Assembly: GCA_013239625.1 (NCBI GenBank) | Contig: MU054132.1 | Location: forward strand, 1,056,001-1,120,000 | DNA from: Lama guanicoe | Lineage: Eukaryota | Length of the DNA: 64,000 bases | Direction: 5' to 3' | In this document: positions 1 through 13,603 of the stretch, piece after piece | How the letters are laid out: every line of letters starts with the position of its first letter | How positions within the stretch are numbered: the stretch's first letter is position 1 | Program-made: the position numbers and the translations under genes | Notes under the pieces: generated by a model | Told to the model about the DNA's origin: nothing | Seen by the model: only the letters and a program-made list of their open reading frames with translations | Database searches by the model: none

Positions 1-3000
1 TATCAGCTGTAGGTTTTTTGGTGATCTCTTTTTCAAGATGAGGAACAACTCCCTCTGTTCTTTGAGGAAAGTTTATCATGAATGGGTGTTGGATTTTGTT
101 AAATGTGTTTTTTGTGTTTATGATTTTTTCTCTTTAAGACTTTTGAAATGGGTTGTACTAATTGGTTTCTGATTATTGAACCAGTCTTGCATATCTGAAA
201 TAAATTCCACTTGGCTGTTGTGTATTATCATTTTCATACATATATGTCATATATTACTGGATGTGATTTATCAGGGTAATACTGACCTCATAAAATGAGC
301 TAGGAAGGTGTTCCCTCTTATATTTTCTGGCAAAGAATGTATAAAGTTGGTGTTAATTATTCTTTAAATGCACGGTAAAATTCTCCAGTGAAATCATCAG
401 AAGCTATTCAATTAAAAATTCAATTTCATTAATAGCTATTCCAGTTATCTATTTCATCTTGGTTGAGTTTTGGTAATTTGTGGTTTTCAAGGAATTGGTC
501 CATTTCTTCTAAGTTGTAGATTTGTGAGGGTACAGGTGCTCCTAGGTCCTTATTAGCCTCTTAATAGCTGTAGTGCTACACCCTGTTCCTGTTATTGGTG
601 GCTTTTATCTTGGTCAGTTTTGTTGTGTTTGTATCATTTGTGTTGGTTTAAGAACTAGATTTTGGTTTAATATAACTTTTTGTTTGTTTGTTTTCTTGCT
701 TATAACTTCACTCGTTTCTGCTTGCTATGGATTTATTCTGTTCTTTTTCTACTTTCAGAGTGTTGATTTAACAGCCTTTCTCTTCTGTAATGTAAGCATT
801 TAGTGCCATAAATACCCCTCAGTGCTGCTGTAGCTGCATCTGACAAATTCTGATATGATGTATCTTCATTTTCATTCAGTTCACTGTATTTTTAAAATTT
901 CCTCTGAAAACTTCCTCTTTAGCCCAAGAATTATTTAGAAGTGCACTGTTCAATTTCCAAGTGTTTGAACATATTCCTGTGGTCTTTCTATTATTGGTTT
1001 CTAACTTGTTCCATTATGGTTAGACAATATGTTTTCTCCATGATTTCAGGCTTTTAAATTTACTGAAATTTGTTTTATGACCCAGGATCCATCTTGGTGC
1101 ATGTTCCATGGGCACTATGGAAAAAAATATATATTCTGCTATTGCTGGGTTGAATTTCTGCAAATGTCAACTGGATTCAGCTGTCTGACATTATTGTTAA
1201 ATTCTTCTTTACTAATATTCTGCCCAACAGTTCTGTCAATTAGATTAGGATGTAGATTGGGATGTAGAAATCCCAAATTGTGTGATCTGTCAATTTCTCC
1301 TTTCAGCTCTATCAGTTTTTTTGTTCATTGTATTTTGAAGCTCTGTTTTTTGGTGTATGTACCTTTAGAATTGCTATATCTTCTTGGTGGAATAATCCTT
1401 TATTCTCTGCTCTGAATTCCACTTGGTCTGTTATTAATACAGCCACTTTTAAAAAAATTAATGTTAACATGATATATCTTTTTCCATCTTTTTATTTTCA
1501 ACCTATCTATGTCCTCTATGTCCTTATGTTAGACATACATTTCTTATAGACAGCATAAACTTAGATCATTAAAAAAAATCTACCCTTTCAATCTGTCTTT
1601 TAAGTGTAGTATATAGACTGCATTTAAAGTAATTACTGACATATTAGAGCTTCTACCATTTTATTATTTGTTTTTTATTCTTATTTGTTTCCTGTTTCTC
1701 TTGCCTTTCTATGGGTTTAATTTTTTTTTTAGAATTCCATTTGATTTTTAAAATATTTTTGAAAATACTGCTATGCATAGTTTCCCGAGTGATTGCTTTA
1801 GGTAATATAACATACGAAATCAATGTTTTCCTACTCGAAGCGAATTACTAAAAACTTACTTCCATTTAGGATCTTTTACCCATTCTGCTTTTATCGTCTT
1901 AAATATTTCCTTTTCTTACACTGAGCACCTCATTAGACAGTATTTGTAAATTTTGCTGCAACCATCAAATACGATTTAAAAAATTCCTGGGGATAGTCCA
2001 TTAAATTAAGCCCTATTTTTACCTGCTCCAATGTTCTTTCATTTCTGAAATTTCAAGCCTCTTTCTGTTACCATACCATATCCTTTTGGAGAGCTTCCTT
2101 TAGCCATTCTATAAGGATACATCTACTAGCAACAAATTCTCTTAGTTTTCCTCTAAGAACGTCACAAAATTTGCAGTTGACTGTTCTTTTAGCACTTGAA
2201 AAATGTCATGCCATTTTCTTGTGCCCTCCATGGTTTCTGATAAGAATAATACTGTCATCTAAATTGCTGTTCCCCAATAGATAATGCATCTTTAACTCTG
2301 GTTGTTTTTCAGATTTTTCTTCTTTAATTTAGTCTTTAGTTTACAAAAGTTCAATATGATAGGTAGTGGCATAGATTTCTTTGCATTGTTCTATTTGCAG
2401 TTCAGTTTCTTGAATCTGTAGGTTTATGTCTTCTTACAAATTTGGTAAGTTTTCAGTCATTACTTCTTCAAATAGTTGTTCAGCCTCCCACTCTTGCTCA
2501 TTTCCTGGAATTCCAACAACACAAACATTCAATCTTTTGTTATTGTCCCAGAAGTCTCTGAGGAGCTGTATTTTTCCCCCCAGTTTATTTTTTCCTCTGT
2601 TGTTCAGACTGAATAAATTCTACTGATTTGTCCTCAAGTTCACTGACTGTATTCTCTGTTGCCTCTAGTCTATACTAAGCCCATCAGACACATTTTTTGA
2701 GTTCTGGTTATTGTATTTTTCCTATCTCTAACTTCCAGCTGTACTGTTTTATAACTTCTATTTCTTTGCTGAGATTTGCTAGTTTTCTATTTGTTTCAAG
2801 AGAATTCATAATTGCCTAATGAAGCAATTATGATGTCCATTTCAAAATTCTTTTTGTATGTTAGCAGGTAATCCCTGTTTAAATTTAGTGTGCAGGTGCT
2901 GGCTGTAGTGTCAGTAACAATTTAATTCTCAGGGCCTTTGTAATAAAATTCCGCCCTGCTGTGTTCTTCTGGCTCCACAAGGCTGTCACTAAGTCACTGC

Positions 3001-3780
3001 TGGCACTGCCTGCAAGAGCTGAAGGCACTTCCTGAGGCAAGGTCGTTTCACTGGCTGGGGGCTGAGTGATGCTGGGCCACGGGATGCGGGGTTTCTCCTG
3101 GCCTGTTCAATGGCCAGATTTCCTGCTTGATCTCTGCTGATGCTGCTGGGAGCAGAAAGAACCTATCTGGTCTTCTGCTACTGGAGGAAAGAGTATAGGA
3201 GGAAACCTACCTCCATCCCCTCTGCTGCTGGACAGAAGCCTGGAAGACATCAGGTACATAGGTGCTGCTGATGCTGTCATGTGGTGGGGACAGGGGATGA
3301 GTGTCCCTGCAGTGCGAGTGGGTCAGGCCTGCAACCAGGTATGGAGTGGACAACAGGAAGGCCCTGATGAGCTCTGCTGACACTGTACCTGCAGGAGAAC
3401 CGAGGCTACCACTGCTGCTCAATCCCTATGGGTAGGGAAGTAAGGCTTTCCCTTTCCTGGTCTTCTGGCAAAAGGGAGTAGGCTTTTCTTCCTTTCTTTG
3501 TGCCTTTTCTTCTTCTTTAATCTAGGCTTGCTGGCGATTTCAGGTTGTAGACACTTTCCAGTGCCCAAACCGGGACAAATGGGAGAATAAAAAGAAAGCC
3601 AGGGAACACACTGTGCTGTCCTTCTTCAAGTCCTCAGGTCCCTACCCAGCCTGCCCTCTCCCTTCCACCTTTCAGATCCCCTTTATAATTATCCTTTGCG
3701 TTTTCTTCCAGAGTATTCAGCTGTATTTGTAAGAGAGGAGCAGGAAAAAGGGAACCAACGTCATCTTCTCGGTGGGAGAT
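1..3780 (-). mobile_element. Old, degenerate LINE-1 (L1M-type) 5'/ORF1/ORF2 remnant
   Basis: T-rich antisense L1 motifs (gtttatcatgaatgggtgttggatttt, gtattttgaagctctg, tttggtaagttttcagtcattacttcttcaaata); boundaries approximate. Confidence 0.7.
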
Positions 3781-6700
3781 TTTCTTAGCATTTTGTACTT
3801 TTTGATGTTTGAAACCGTATGTATTTTTAGTCAAAAATAGACTTTTTTTCCTTTTTAAAGATATGAAGAAAAAGACAAACAACCCCATGATGGAAGGTCC
3901 TGGTAATGCCTTTGTTCTAAAGCCAGCTGAAAGACTATCTTAACGAATGTGTGACTTCTTGCCACAGGCCCCACACCACCGTGAACATTTTTCAATAAGC
4001 ACAGGATCTTTCAGCAAACAACGTGAACACAAGAGTCTCACTGCCTGTGATATACATCTGCAGCATGTCAACCTGTACAAGTAAATGTCACCCAGTGCAA
4101 AACACCTGACCTTTGCATAAGCAGAAACTCGTCTCCCTTCCAGATAGTGCTTCTCAACATGACCCTCCTCCTTTGCCTCCAGATTTATACCAGACAATTG
4201 TTAAGAGACCACTACCCAAAGGCCCCTGTAGTTTCCCAAAACAATGTCCAAATCAGAGGACATAACTGCTCCCTGCTGGATCTTTCCATTATTTGTACCA
4301 CTACTTGCTAGAAAACTCAGGCTCGAAGTCACAGCATCACCTTTGACCCCTCCTGCCCACCCCCCGCCTCACCTTCCACACCCAGTTTTCAAGTCCCATT
4401 GATTTTGCCTCTGTTACACTTTTCCTGAGTATGTCCTTGGCAGTTTACCTTTTACTACTGCCCGAATCTAACTGTCATCATGGGATTTTTTTCCCTTCAC
4501 TCCTCTGTCTTCCCGTTTACCTTATCTACTGAGAACAGGTAAGTCTTCTCAAAGCCAACTTTGGGCCACTTTATTTATTGTCATAGACAGTCAGAACTGT
4601 TTTCTGAGCATGGGAGTAAGGTTTAAACATCTTAAGGGATATATGAAGCTTGGCTTTCAATCAGCTTTCTAGATTTGTTTCCCATTATTTCTTGCCACAG
4701 ATATACAAATGGCTTTGGCATGTTTGCTCAACCCACATCCTTCTCCACAGGAGCCCCAGATGAAGTGGGCAGGTCAAAATGGCTATGAGTGGTAAAGGCA
4801 GCTTTGGTACCTGGCACACAAATGACTGGACCAAGCTGAACGAATAAGATATATTCACTCACTCTTTCTCTTAAGAAAGAAAACATGAAAACTGTAGTCA
4901 AGTAGCGTTCAGTTCCTTAGATATAAGGTAGCATAAAGTAGGTCACAGAGCCCAAACCATGACAACCCAACATCCTGTGCAGACCAGCATCACAAAGGAA
5001 GCAAAAAGAGATGGCAAAGAACAGTGTCCAGAAGGCAAGGGAATGTAGCACATGTTCAGGGTGAAGCAGAGAGCCTGAGAGAGACATACAACAGCTGTAG
5101 CCTGGCTACAGTTCCTGCAGTTGGATTCCCTGACAATAAATACCTTTTTATAAATTTGAGTTCCGTTTTATAAATGTGAGTGTGTTTCCTTTCTTTGAAA
5201 TTAAATAATCCTGAAGAGAGTGCATCACAGATACTCGTCACTGTCAGTGTTCTTTCACCTAATGTGAGCTGTCTGCACTTCACACCTTTGCTGGAAGGCT
5301 TTCCCTCCATATTGTGAGGTGTCCTAGGTTTCCGAGGCCACCTCCTCCAAAGTTTCTGTGACTCACAACCCTCTCACCCCCTTACCCCCAGCCACCTCAA
5401 CTAAATCACCAGTTGCTGGAGGATAAGGACAATACCAGTGCCTAGGCAGTGACTGGCACATGGCAGGAACATACTAATGAATCTTTATAGAGTTTGATCT
5501 ACAGAGTTTAGCAGTTAGCATTCAAACATTCATTAGATAAAATGATCAGTGAGGTTTGTCAGTCACTTGACATTTTTTCCTACCAGCATAAATTTGTTAG
5601 GATGAACCAGAATAAACTCGTTCTGAAATAAACAGAACTCTTCACTCATTACCACCTAGAAGGCTTATGGCACTGAACTGGGCACCTGGGGATCAATAAA
5701 AAGATGACATAATCCTACCCGTGAGGCCCTGACAGTTCTGCCACAGCTAGAAGCAAGCAACATGGAACACCCGGGAGCTTGTCATCTTGGAGTCATTAGA
5801 AATCAGAGAGGAAAGAGTAAGCTTCTTGGCCCATCTCCATTTAAAAACAAACAAACAAAAAAGCTGTCAGTCTTCAAGGGTCCTTTTCCACTTACCCTTC
5901 CCTTAGAAAACACCACTTCTAATTTAAAAAAAAATGAGTTAAAAAATTTTATAAAAATGTACTGAGAGGTAAAAACATTAAAAAAAAACGGTTCTGAGGA
6001 AAAGTTTTTTTTTTTTTAAATAAACAAAGCCCATGTTTTAGATCATTTAACCGGCTTGAGAATCATGGTCCTCTGTGCTCAAACTGGACTCAGGAAAACA
6101 AGCTTTTGTAGACCACAAACAATAAGACCCACGGGGGCCGGGGGTGGGGAAGAGAAGAAAGGGCCAGGCAGACAGACACAGGGGCGACCTCAAAGACCAC
6201 TGCAACATTCAGCTGTCCAGTGAGTGCAAGTCCCTCCTCTCTCCTCCTTCCCTTTCTTCCCCTTCTCCTCACAAATTCTCCCAACACGCATACACAGAGA
6301 GAAAACTAGAAGCAAGATTGGGTCAAACATGAAGAACAGGAAAAGAATATTAAATAGCCAGCTTTAAAAGGCTCTTTTTCAGCTGGAACAAAAGTAAAAC
6401 GTTCTCGAAAGTGCAACGGAAAACAGAGCTTGCACCCAGACCATGCTACTTAGTGAGAGGAGGTTAGTGCTGATAAACCCATTGTGAACCCACACAGTGA
6501 CAGATTTTCAAGCAAGGAAATCAATCAGTTGTGATTGGATGATCCAGGACTCAGGAATCATCTGGTTCAAACCAAAAGGAAGCTGAGGGGTGGAAGGATG
6601 GGGAATGGGGTGGGTAGGGTGACTTGAGGTCAAGTAAGGAGCTCTCCGTCTTATGTCCACCACTCTCTGACCGCAATCGGCCCACACCCTCAGTCCACAC

Positions 6701-6932
6701 CATCTGTCACACTGCCGGCAGCTGAGCAGGCTGACCCAGCTAGACTCACTCTGTTCACTCCCTCGCCTCACTCCCCCCACCCCTCCGATGTAGGGAATGA
6801 AGCTTTCCCCGGGCAGTCACAGACTCCAGCAGGAATCAGCCCAGCTGCCTGACACTCCTGCCGGTAATCTGTCACTCTGGTTCCTTCCTTGCTTCTGCCT
6901 GTTCCCCGTGGAGGCAAAATTTAGAAACATAC

Positions 6933-8394
6933 CATCACGTGGGGTCTCTTCACACAGGAGTAAGGGAGCGCTCGGGGTTACAGTGACCTCGATTTCTTTC
7001 TTCCCTGCCAGAACTGTCTGGCCTGGCTGTTTCTCACCTCCCTGGCAGAACTGGGAGCAAGAATCTCTTCTTGTGTCACTAGTATCTTCTTGTCCTTTTT
7101 CCTTGCTGCTTACTTCAGGAATCTGCTCCAGCTTACCATGGAGATATAACCCAGCAGTGCCCAGTTCCTTCTTCCCAGAGCTGCTGCTGCTGCTGCTGTT
7201 GCTGAAGTGGATCAGTTCTTCTCTCTTCTTGGCCACTGGTTCCTCGTAGCTGAAAGGAGGTATCTCTTTAGTAGACAGAATGGGCAGTTCCCCAGGGCTC
7301 AACGTGGGGCCAGCTGTCTGTTCCTCAGCCACCGTCATGGAGCGTCTCACGGCAGGAGCCCCCGGTTTTTTGGGTGTGGGGCTCGGCATTGGGCCACTGG
7401 GGAGAGGCAGCAGGCCAGGAGCAAGCTCTTCTCGGGCAGGGAGTTCAGGGTACTTATCTGCAAGGTTGATAGGTGAGGGGACTGAGAGGTGAGCACACTC
7501 GGACAGGGCCCGGCGCATGGACTTCTTCTGCTGGGGAGCTTGGTCAAGCAAAGCCCCCTCCTTGGGAGAACTTAATTTCTCTGACTCCTTATCCCAGTCT
7601 CTGATGTGAGAGCTGGCACTCAAACATTCTGGGGTGAACTCAACCATGGTGATTGGTGGGATGGCAGTGGGTGAAAGCTCAACAGCAGGGGCTGGCCGGG
7701 CCACCGCGATGGGCTGCCCAGCATCGTCACTCACCAACCCTGTCACCCGGCAGCCAGAGGGGAGGCCGTTGTCCTTTGCTGGAGTTGTATCCCTTGAGGG
7801 GTGAGGGCCCTGAGCCACTGCCACTGGATGGAAGTTGGGGTTCCAAACACTGGTTTCCTGCTCCTTAACATACTGGGCGGGGATGTCAGCAGCCCCAGGG
7901 AAATCCAGATCTGGATGGCTACTGGTCTCCGGTGCATTCTTCCCTGCCACTGTCCCAGGAACTGGAGAGGCTTTGTCCTTGTCTGGCCCCTCTCCGGGTC
8001 CCGGCTGGCCCTCGGCCGTCTTCTGGTGAACTGAGTTCCCCTCCGAGGGATGGCAGGTGGCTGCAACCACACACCTGCTCTCAAGGTGACCTGAGGTGGC
8101 TTGACACCCCTTGTCCTGCGCTTCAACGCCGAGCTCTTTGTCTAGCTTCCCCTCAAAGAAGCAGAGCTTATTCTGCTCCAGGAAGCTGGCAGTCTTCACA
8201 AGCCCGTCTTTTAGCTGCCCGTCCATGCTGACATGCAGCCCGATTTCATTCAGTTTGCCCTCTGTCCTCTGCCACTCAAACCCAGCTTGACTCATTCCTT
8301 TTGTGGGGTCCTCCCGGCACTCGGCAGGCTTGCCTGGGCAGAGCTGGCCGTGAGCGGCAGCGCGAGAGGCTGGCTGCTTGTGTGAGAGCGACAT
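6933..8394 (-). CDS. MAP4: MAP4 alternative N-terminal coding exon (oMAP4-type): MSLSHKQPAS...EETPRD
   Basis: ATG at 8394 with A at -3; 487 open codons plus 1 nt to a G|gtatgt donor (phase 1); GFEWQRTEGKLNEIGL and RRALSEC match the recalled alternative MAP4 N-terminus. Confidence 0.9.
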
Positions 8395-11142
8395 TGTCTC
8401 TTCCACTGCTCTCCCCCTCTCGCTCCTGGAGCTCTAACACCACCTCCGATCACACAGAGCTGGCAGTGACATCACACCAAGTCCCCAGCATTCATGCTCA
8501 TGACAAAACCGTCTTTCTCCCAACACTCCTCTCTCCTCAAGCAGTTGGGTGCTAAATGTATTTACTAGTGTGACAGGAATGAAGAAAGAAAGAAGGGACA
8601 AATGAGAAAAAAGAGAGAGGAAGGAACTCGCTCCTTTCTGCACAAATGCCACTTTTAAACTGAAAACGTCATTAACTAGCTCTGTTAAGATCTGCAATTT
8701 AAAACACAGGACGGTGCTAATCTGGGTACCATAGATAGTAATTATCCAGACTTTCGCTGATATAGATAATATGCATATCTACACATTCACTTATCTGATA
8801 CTATGCCCACGCTTCCACAGTTACCCACTCAAAAAACTGTTTTAAAAATAAGACTCATTTGCAAATCCTCAGCCACAACCCTTAAAGAATGATGATTCCA
8901 GAAAAATGCTAAAAATTTCACTTAAAAGGAACACTTAATGTAATATCAAAATTGAAGACATTCATTTCTCAGAAGAAGAGTAGGTTCACTGTCATAACAA
9001 CTTATCAAATTCACTTGAAAAGTGACTTGAGTGAGTCCCCAAAGCCCAGTGAGCTCCGTTTGTAGCTTTGCATAGTGAAAGAGTTTAGTAAGTGGTTCAT
9101 TTAAAGATTTCACTGATCAGCGCTTTGGGAAGATGTATCCCACTCCTAAGATGCTTGTGTGACAACATATCCCTCCTGCTTTTACTCCTGCCCCTGCTCC
9201 CTTTTGGTTCCTTGGACAAGCTGGGTCTCTCCCTCCTGCACCAGCCCTGCTCTTTCCAGACTACAGATCATTCAGTTGCCATGGGAACACACTGGGGAAG
9301 CTCATCTTCCTCTGACCTCTGGGACTCAGGGCCCCTGGCAATCTGTGGCTCAGGGTTCCGACCGCCAGAGCCCACTGCCCCATTTAATTCAGCATGGCCC
9401 TTTACTGCCCTGAGTTTACAAACTACATTCAGGACTGATGGATCCATAAGAGAAAATTCTCAAAAAAGTCAACTGAAAGGATAGGTTAAACTCTGCCTTG
9501 AGCAAAGCTGATTTTTTTGTTGGCTGACCTGTAAGTCACTATCCTGTACCAATACAGAATATTCTGAAATATTCTATCAAGAATACACAAGATGTCTTCT
9601 TCCAAGATGAAAAAAGGTTAGTTTAGTTTTTAAAAAGCCATCTGCCACCAATTGCAATGATCTGATTACAGGTTTAAAATAATGCTTTTAGGGAAAAAGG
9701 GCAAGTTAAGATTGTTTTATCTTTGGTCTATCCAATGTGAAGAGACTACCAAGGTCCAGACCAAGAAAGCTTCCTTAACTGCAGCTTCTGTCTCCAAATA
9801 TTCACCTTCTCTATTATTCACACTATGCATGTAATTTACTTACGTCCCCAACTAGAGTAAAGGAACCAACCTTTTATGCTTCTTCCATTAACTTCAGTAC
9901 TGAACACAGACCTATGTTCAAGGTCAGGAATGGCAGTGCTGTAATGCTGAAAAAAATGTGAATTTAACCCCTGTCTTGAACATAAACTGAACTCATACAC
10001 ACCTCTCCTTCCTTCTGACCCTAAGGAGCTCAGCAGCAGTATATGTCAAAGTGCAATAAAGGTTCACTGGCAAGGAACTAGGGTCACCTTACTCTACAGC
10101 AAAGCTCTCACTAAGGAAAAGAAAGCGAGATGTATAAGGAAAAGAAAAATGAAGGTGGTGCCAGGAAGGTCATGATTCTAATTAGCAATGGAAAAAGTAA
10201 GAAGAGAGTCTTGGGTACAGAAAGGCCTGGTGATAAAATATGGTCAAATTCTGGCTTTCCTTTAAAAATACATATATTATAACTGACCAATATAATTAAT
10301 ATGTACAACATATATGATGAATGTTATGAAAGTCTGAGGGGGAGTGTACTTTTGCAATGCAGTCCAAACACGCCTGAGGCAAAATTTTTGAAAATACCTT
10401 AGAAGTCAGGTATGCCTCAGCAACCCCACCCACTCAGAAACCAGCCACTTCCTCCCAAACGCGTATACACACACCTTTAATTTTCTATTTTTGTTTTGTG
10501 GGGAAATAAATTCAGCTCAGAAGACCAGATTTTAAAATCTCTCTGTGCCACTTAACAGTTACAATTCTGAACAATTCACTTAACTGCTCGTAGCTTCAGT
10601 TCCCTCATCTCTATAACATAAGGGGACTTTTTAAGGTGCTTTCTAGTTTTATGGTTTTAACACTGTTACATCTCAGTAAAAAGACTGGAATGCATCCCAG
10701 GAATTACGGGTCTGCTGCTGTGTCCATTTCACAGTGTGATTTCGACATGGGGCTCCAGGGCCAGTATGCTCAGAAACTGCTCCACCCGCCATCTCCCCAT
10801 GTGAGGGCGCTGCCTGCGCTGGCTGAGGCACTGGGGAATGGAGCAGCGTCTGAAGAAAGCCACAGTCTGAGTTGACCCTCATACTAGGAAGGGGCAAAAA
10901 AGAGCCCCAGGGAAGAACAAGCACGGACACTGGTTCCCTAGAATCAGATGTTTTTAGTTCTAGCCAGCTTACCCAGACCCTCCTTATCGGTACCAAAAAA
11001 GCCAAAACAAAATAAAGCAAAAACAAAAACAAAAACCCCAAATCACGGTACACCTGAAAATAACACAATATTATAAATCAACTATACTTTAATTTAAAAA
11101 AAAAAGGCTGAGGCAACAACTAGAATTTCAATTCCCCCTTAC

Positions 11143-11193
11143 CTTCAAATCCCACATATCCTATTCTCAACGACTCTATCCATAAAACACATA
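11143..11193 (-). other. Candidate unannotated 51-nt exon (VCVLWIESLRIGYVGFE)
   Basis: ttttgcag acceptor, strong AAG|gtaagg donor, open in the phase 1-1 frame. Confidence 0.35.
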
Positions 11194-13412
11194 CTGCAAA
11201 ATGTGAGTCAAGGGCAGGAACAGGAGAATGAAGCTGGCCAGTCTCAAAGGAACACACATTCCACACATAATTCATAACATGGATCAGAAGTGTGGTCAGA
11301 CTGAAGGAAGATGATGATAGGTTGGCACCTGGCTGCTGCCCCCAAGCAGAGGCCTTGGAGCTACAACGCTCAGGAGTTGACGAGTTGGAGGAGGCAACCG
11401 GTGGGTCAGTGGCTAAGAAGTATAAGCTGAGACAGGAAGCCCAAGACACGTGTCAGCTAGACGTTCAGGCAAGCACATCAGCTTGGAGTCACCCAGGGTC
11501 TGAGTACCACATCAGAACGTAGGGCATAATATGGGGACACCCACCGAATCCACTCTTCCTACAGGTGTGAGGTCATATATCTAAAGATTATTTAACAAGG
11601 TAGCCAGCACACAGAATATACCCACTGATGCTGGCTTTGGGGAGAAAAATAAAAACAAAAACAAAAACAAAACCCACACACCTAAGAAAATATCTTTATG
11701 CATGAAGTAGGTTTTACTACTCCCAGTAGGGAATTTGATGTGAAACAATAAAGCATAAGTCCCTGGGCTGGAGAATTACTGCATGGAAAGAACGTAGACA
11801 AAAACAAAACAGAACAAACCACCGACTACCAGAAACACCACACAAACCCCAATTTCAGTAACAGACAAGAGAAAAAAAGAAGCTAATTCGCAAAATCTGA
11901 GAAATTGCCTAAAGAAAATTATACCTCATTCTCCAAGTGTCTTTTAGGACAAGGGTTACTCCATAAAAATAGTACTATGAAGACACTGAAGTATATGTCA
12001 CAGACAAAATCAGAATGCTGGAGCTCTTCTAACTTAATCTTCTCATTTTACAGAAGAGCAAATGGGACACAGAGGGAAGGAAAGGAAATGGCTTGTCCAA
12101 GATCAAGTGATGAGTTAACGGAAAAGCCACATAGAATATGCTGGTCTCTGACTACTGGTCTTCCCATACCACTGACAAAAAATTAATCTTAGTCAAGAGA
12201 TGCTTCTCCATTTTAATGTTTCTTTTGTTTCACCTGGTGAATAAAAGTGCTTCAAGCTTTAATTTGCCATTGTAATTTATCTTTCTGTGACCAACTCAAA
12301 CTCCCAAGTTAATACACAGTGTGTGCATGTGTGCACTGGTTGATGTGCATTTGGAAACCAAAAGTAAGTTTGAAATAAAGGAGAAAAAGAGGCAATGCAT
12401 TTAGTTTAAGGGTTTACCTTATAAATTAATCATGATATGGTTTTAATTATGCAAAGAATGAGGAAGGTGTGAGTGACTTATTTCTCAGCAATCTTCTCTT
12501 ACTATTTTCCATTCTCAAGAGAACTTAGATTTACGTTACTGTCTTGTTACAGGGCTTCAGCACCCTGAGCTTCCTGCCTCACTAAGAAAAGGTGGAATCC
12601 CAGAGGCTTTTACAAAGGGGAGGGACCAGAGTGGCTAATAGTTTGGTTACATATTTGCTTTGCAACACATACCACGCCAAGAGGTCATATTCAATAAGAA
12701 TTAAGGGTTTATTTCTCTGCACATGAGGTGACTGCTACCTGGATGGCAAACAATAAGAAAAACCTAGTATGGAATAATTAGTAAAATCTGAGGATGGCCC
12801 TGTTGGTGCCCTAGTCCCATTCAGAATTACAAACATAATCTCCCCTAGGAATCCACATTCACCCACAGGAGACAGCTCCATCAAGGAATTCAACTCTCCC
12901 CAGTTCCTGTGACATTTTATCAAGTTGGTGGATGAGGAACTTAAAGTCTTAAAGTCTTAAAAGGTTGAGCATGCTAGGTAAAAAGAAATGCACTTCAGAA
13001 ACAGAAGACTGAAATTCTAGACTCAGTTGCCTTTAGAACTCCTCACCTCTAGGTTCTGCTCCTACTCATTCAGAACTCACACAAATGTCTCCACCTCTGT
13101 TAAGTCTCCTGGACCCCCAACTCCCAAGCTAATCCTTATTGTTTTCACAGAACTATCCTGCTCTACCTCTTCTTAGGATCTGGAAGCTACACCACAATCT
13201 TTTCCTCACATGTCTTTCCTAGAAGCTCCTAGAAAGCAGGAATATTACCTGTCTATCTTGCTACATAGGTGCCCAGCACAGTGCCTGATCCACATTACGT
13301 AGGCTCTCAAAAAACCTCTGCTCAGGGAAGGATGGATGGATTCCTTTCACAGACTTATGTCATTTGACCTGATCTCTCCCATCATTAAACTCATCTAGAT
13401 GGGTGCTGATTT

Positions 13413-13603
13413 GTTTTTATATATATATATGTATAAAATATATATATATATATTTATATTTATTGAAGTACAGTCATTTGATCATGCTGAGTCAATTGCT
13501 GGTGAACAGCACAACACTTCAGTCATACATGAACATATATGTATTCATTTTCATATTCTTTTTCACCATAAGTTACTACAAGATATTGAACATAGTTCCC
13601 TGT
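13413..13603 (-). mobile_element. 5'-truncated lineage-specific L1 3' end with target-site duplication
   Basis: AT-rich tail and ttactacaagatattgaacatagttccctgt motif; near-identical flanks tagatgggtgctgattt (13396-13412) and tagacaggtgctgattt (13604-13620). Confidence 0.75.

Noticed and set aside
5056..5310. Possible next MAP4 exon (GIARPEEG...)
   Set aside because: Translation does not match; that exon appears to lie beyond the left edge of the window
8395..8406. ORF-track start MEETM at 8406
   Set aside because: The codon is GTG; the first ATG in good context is at 8394
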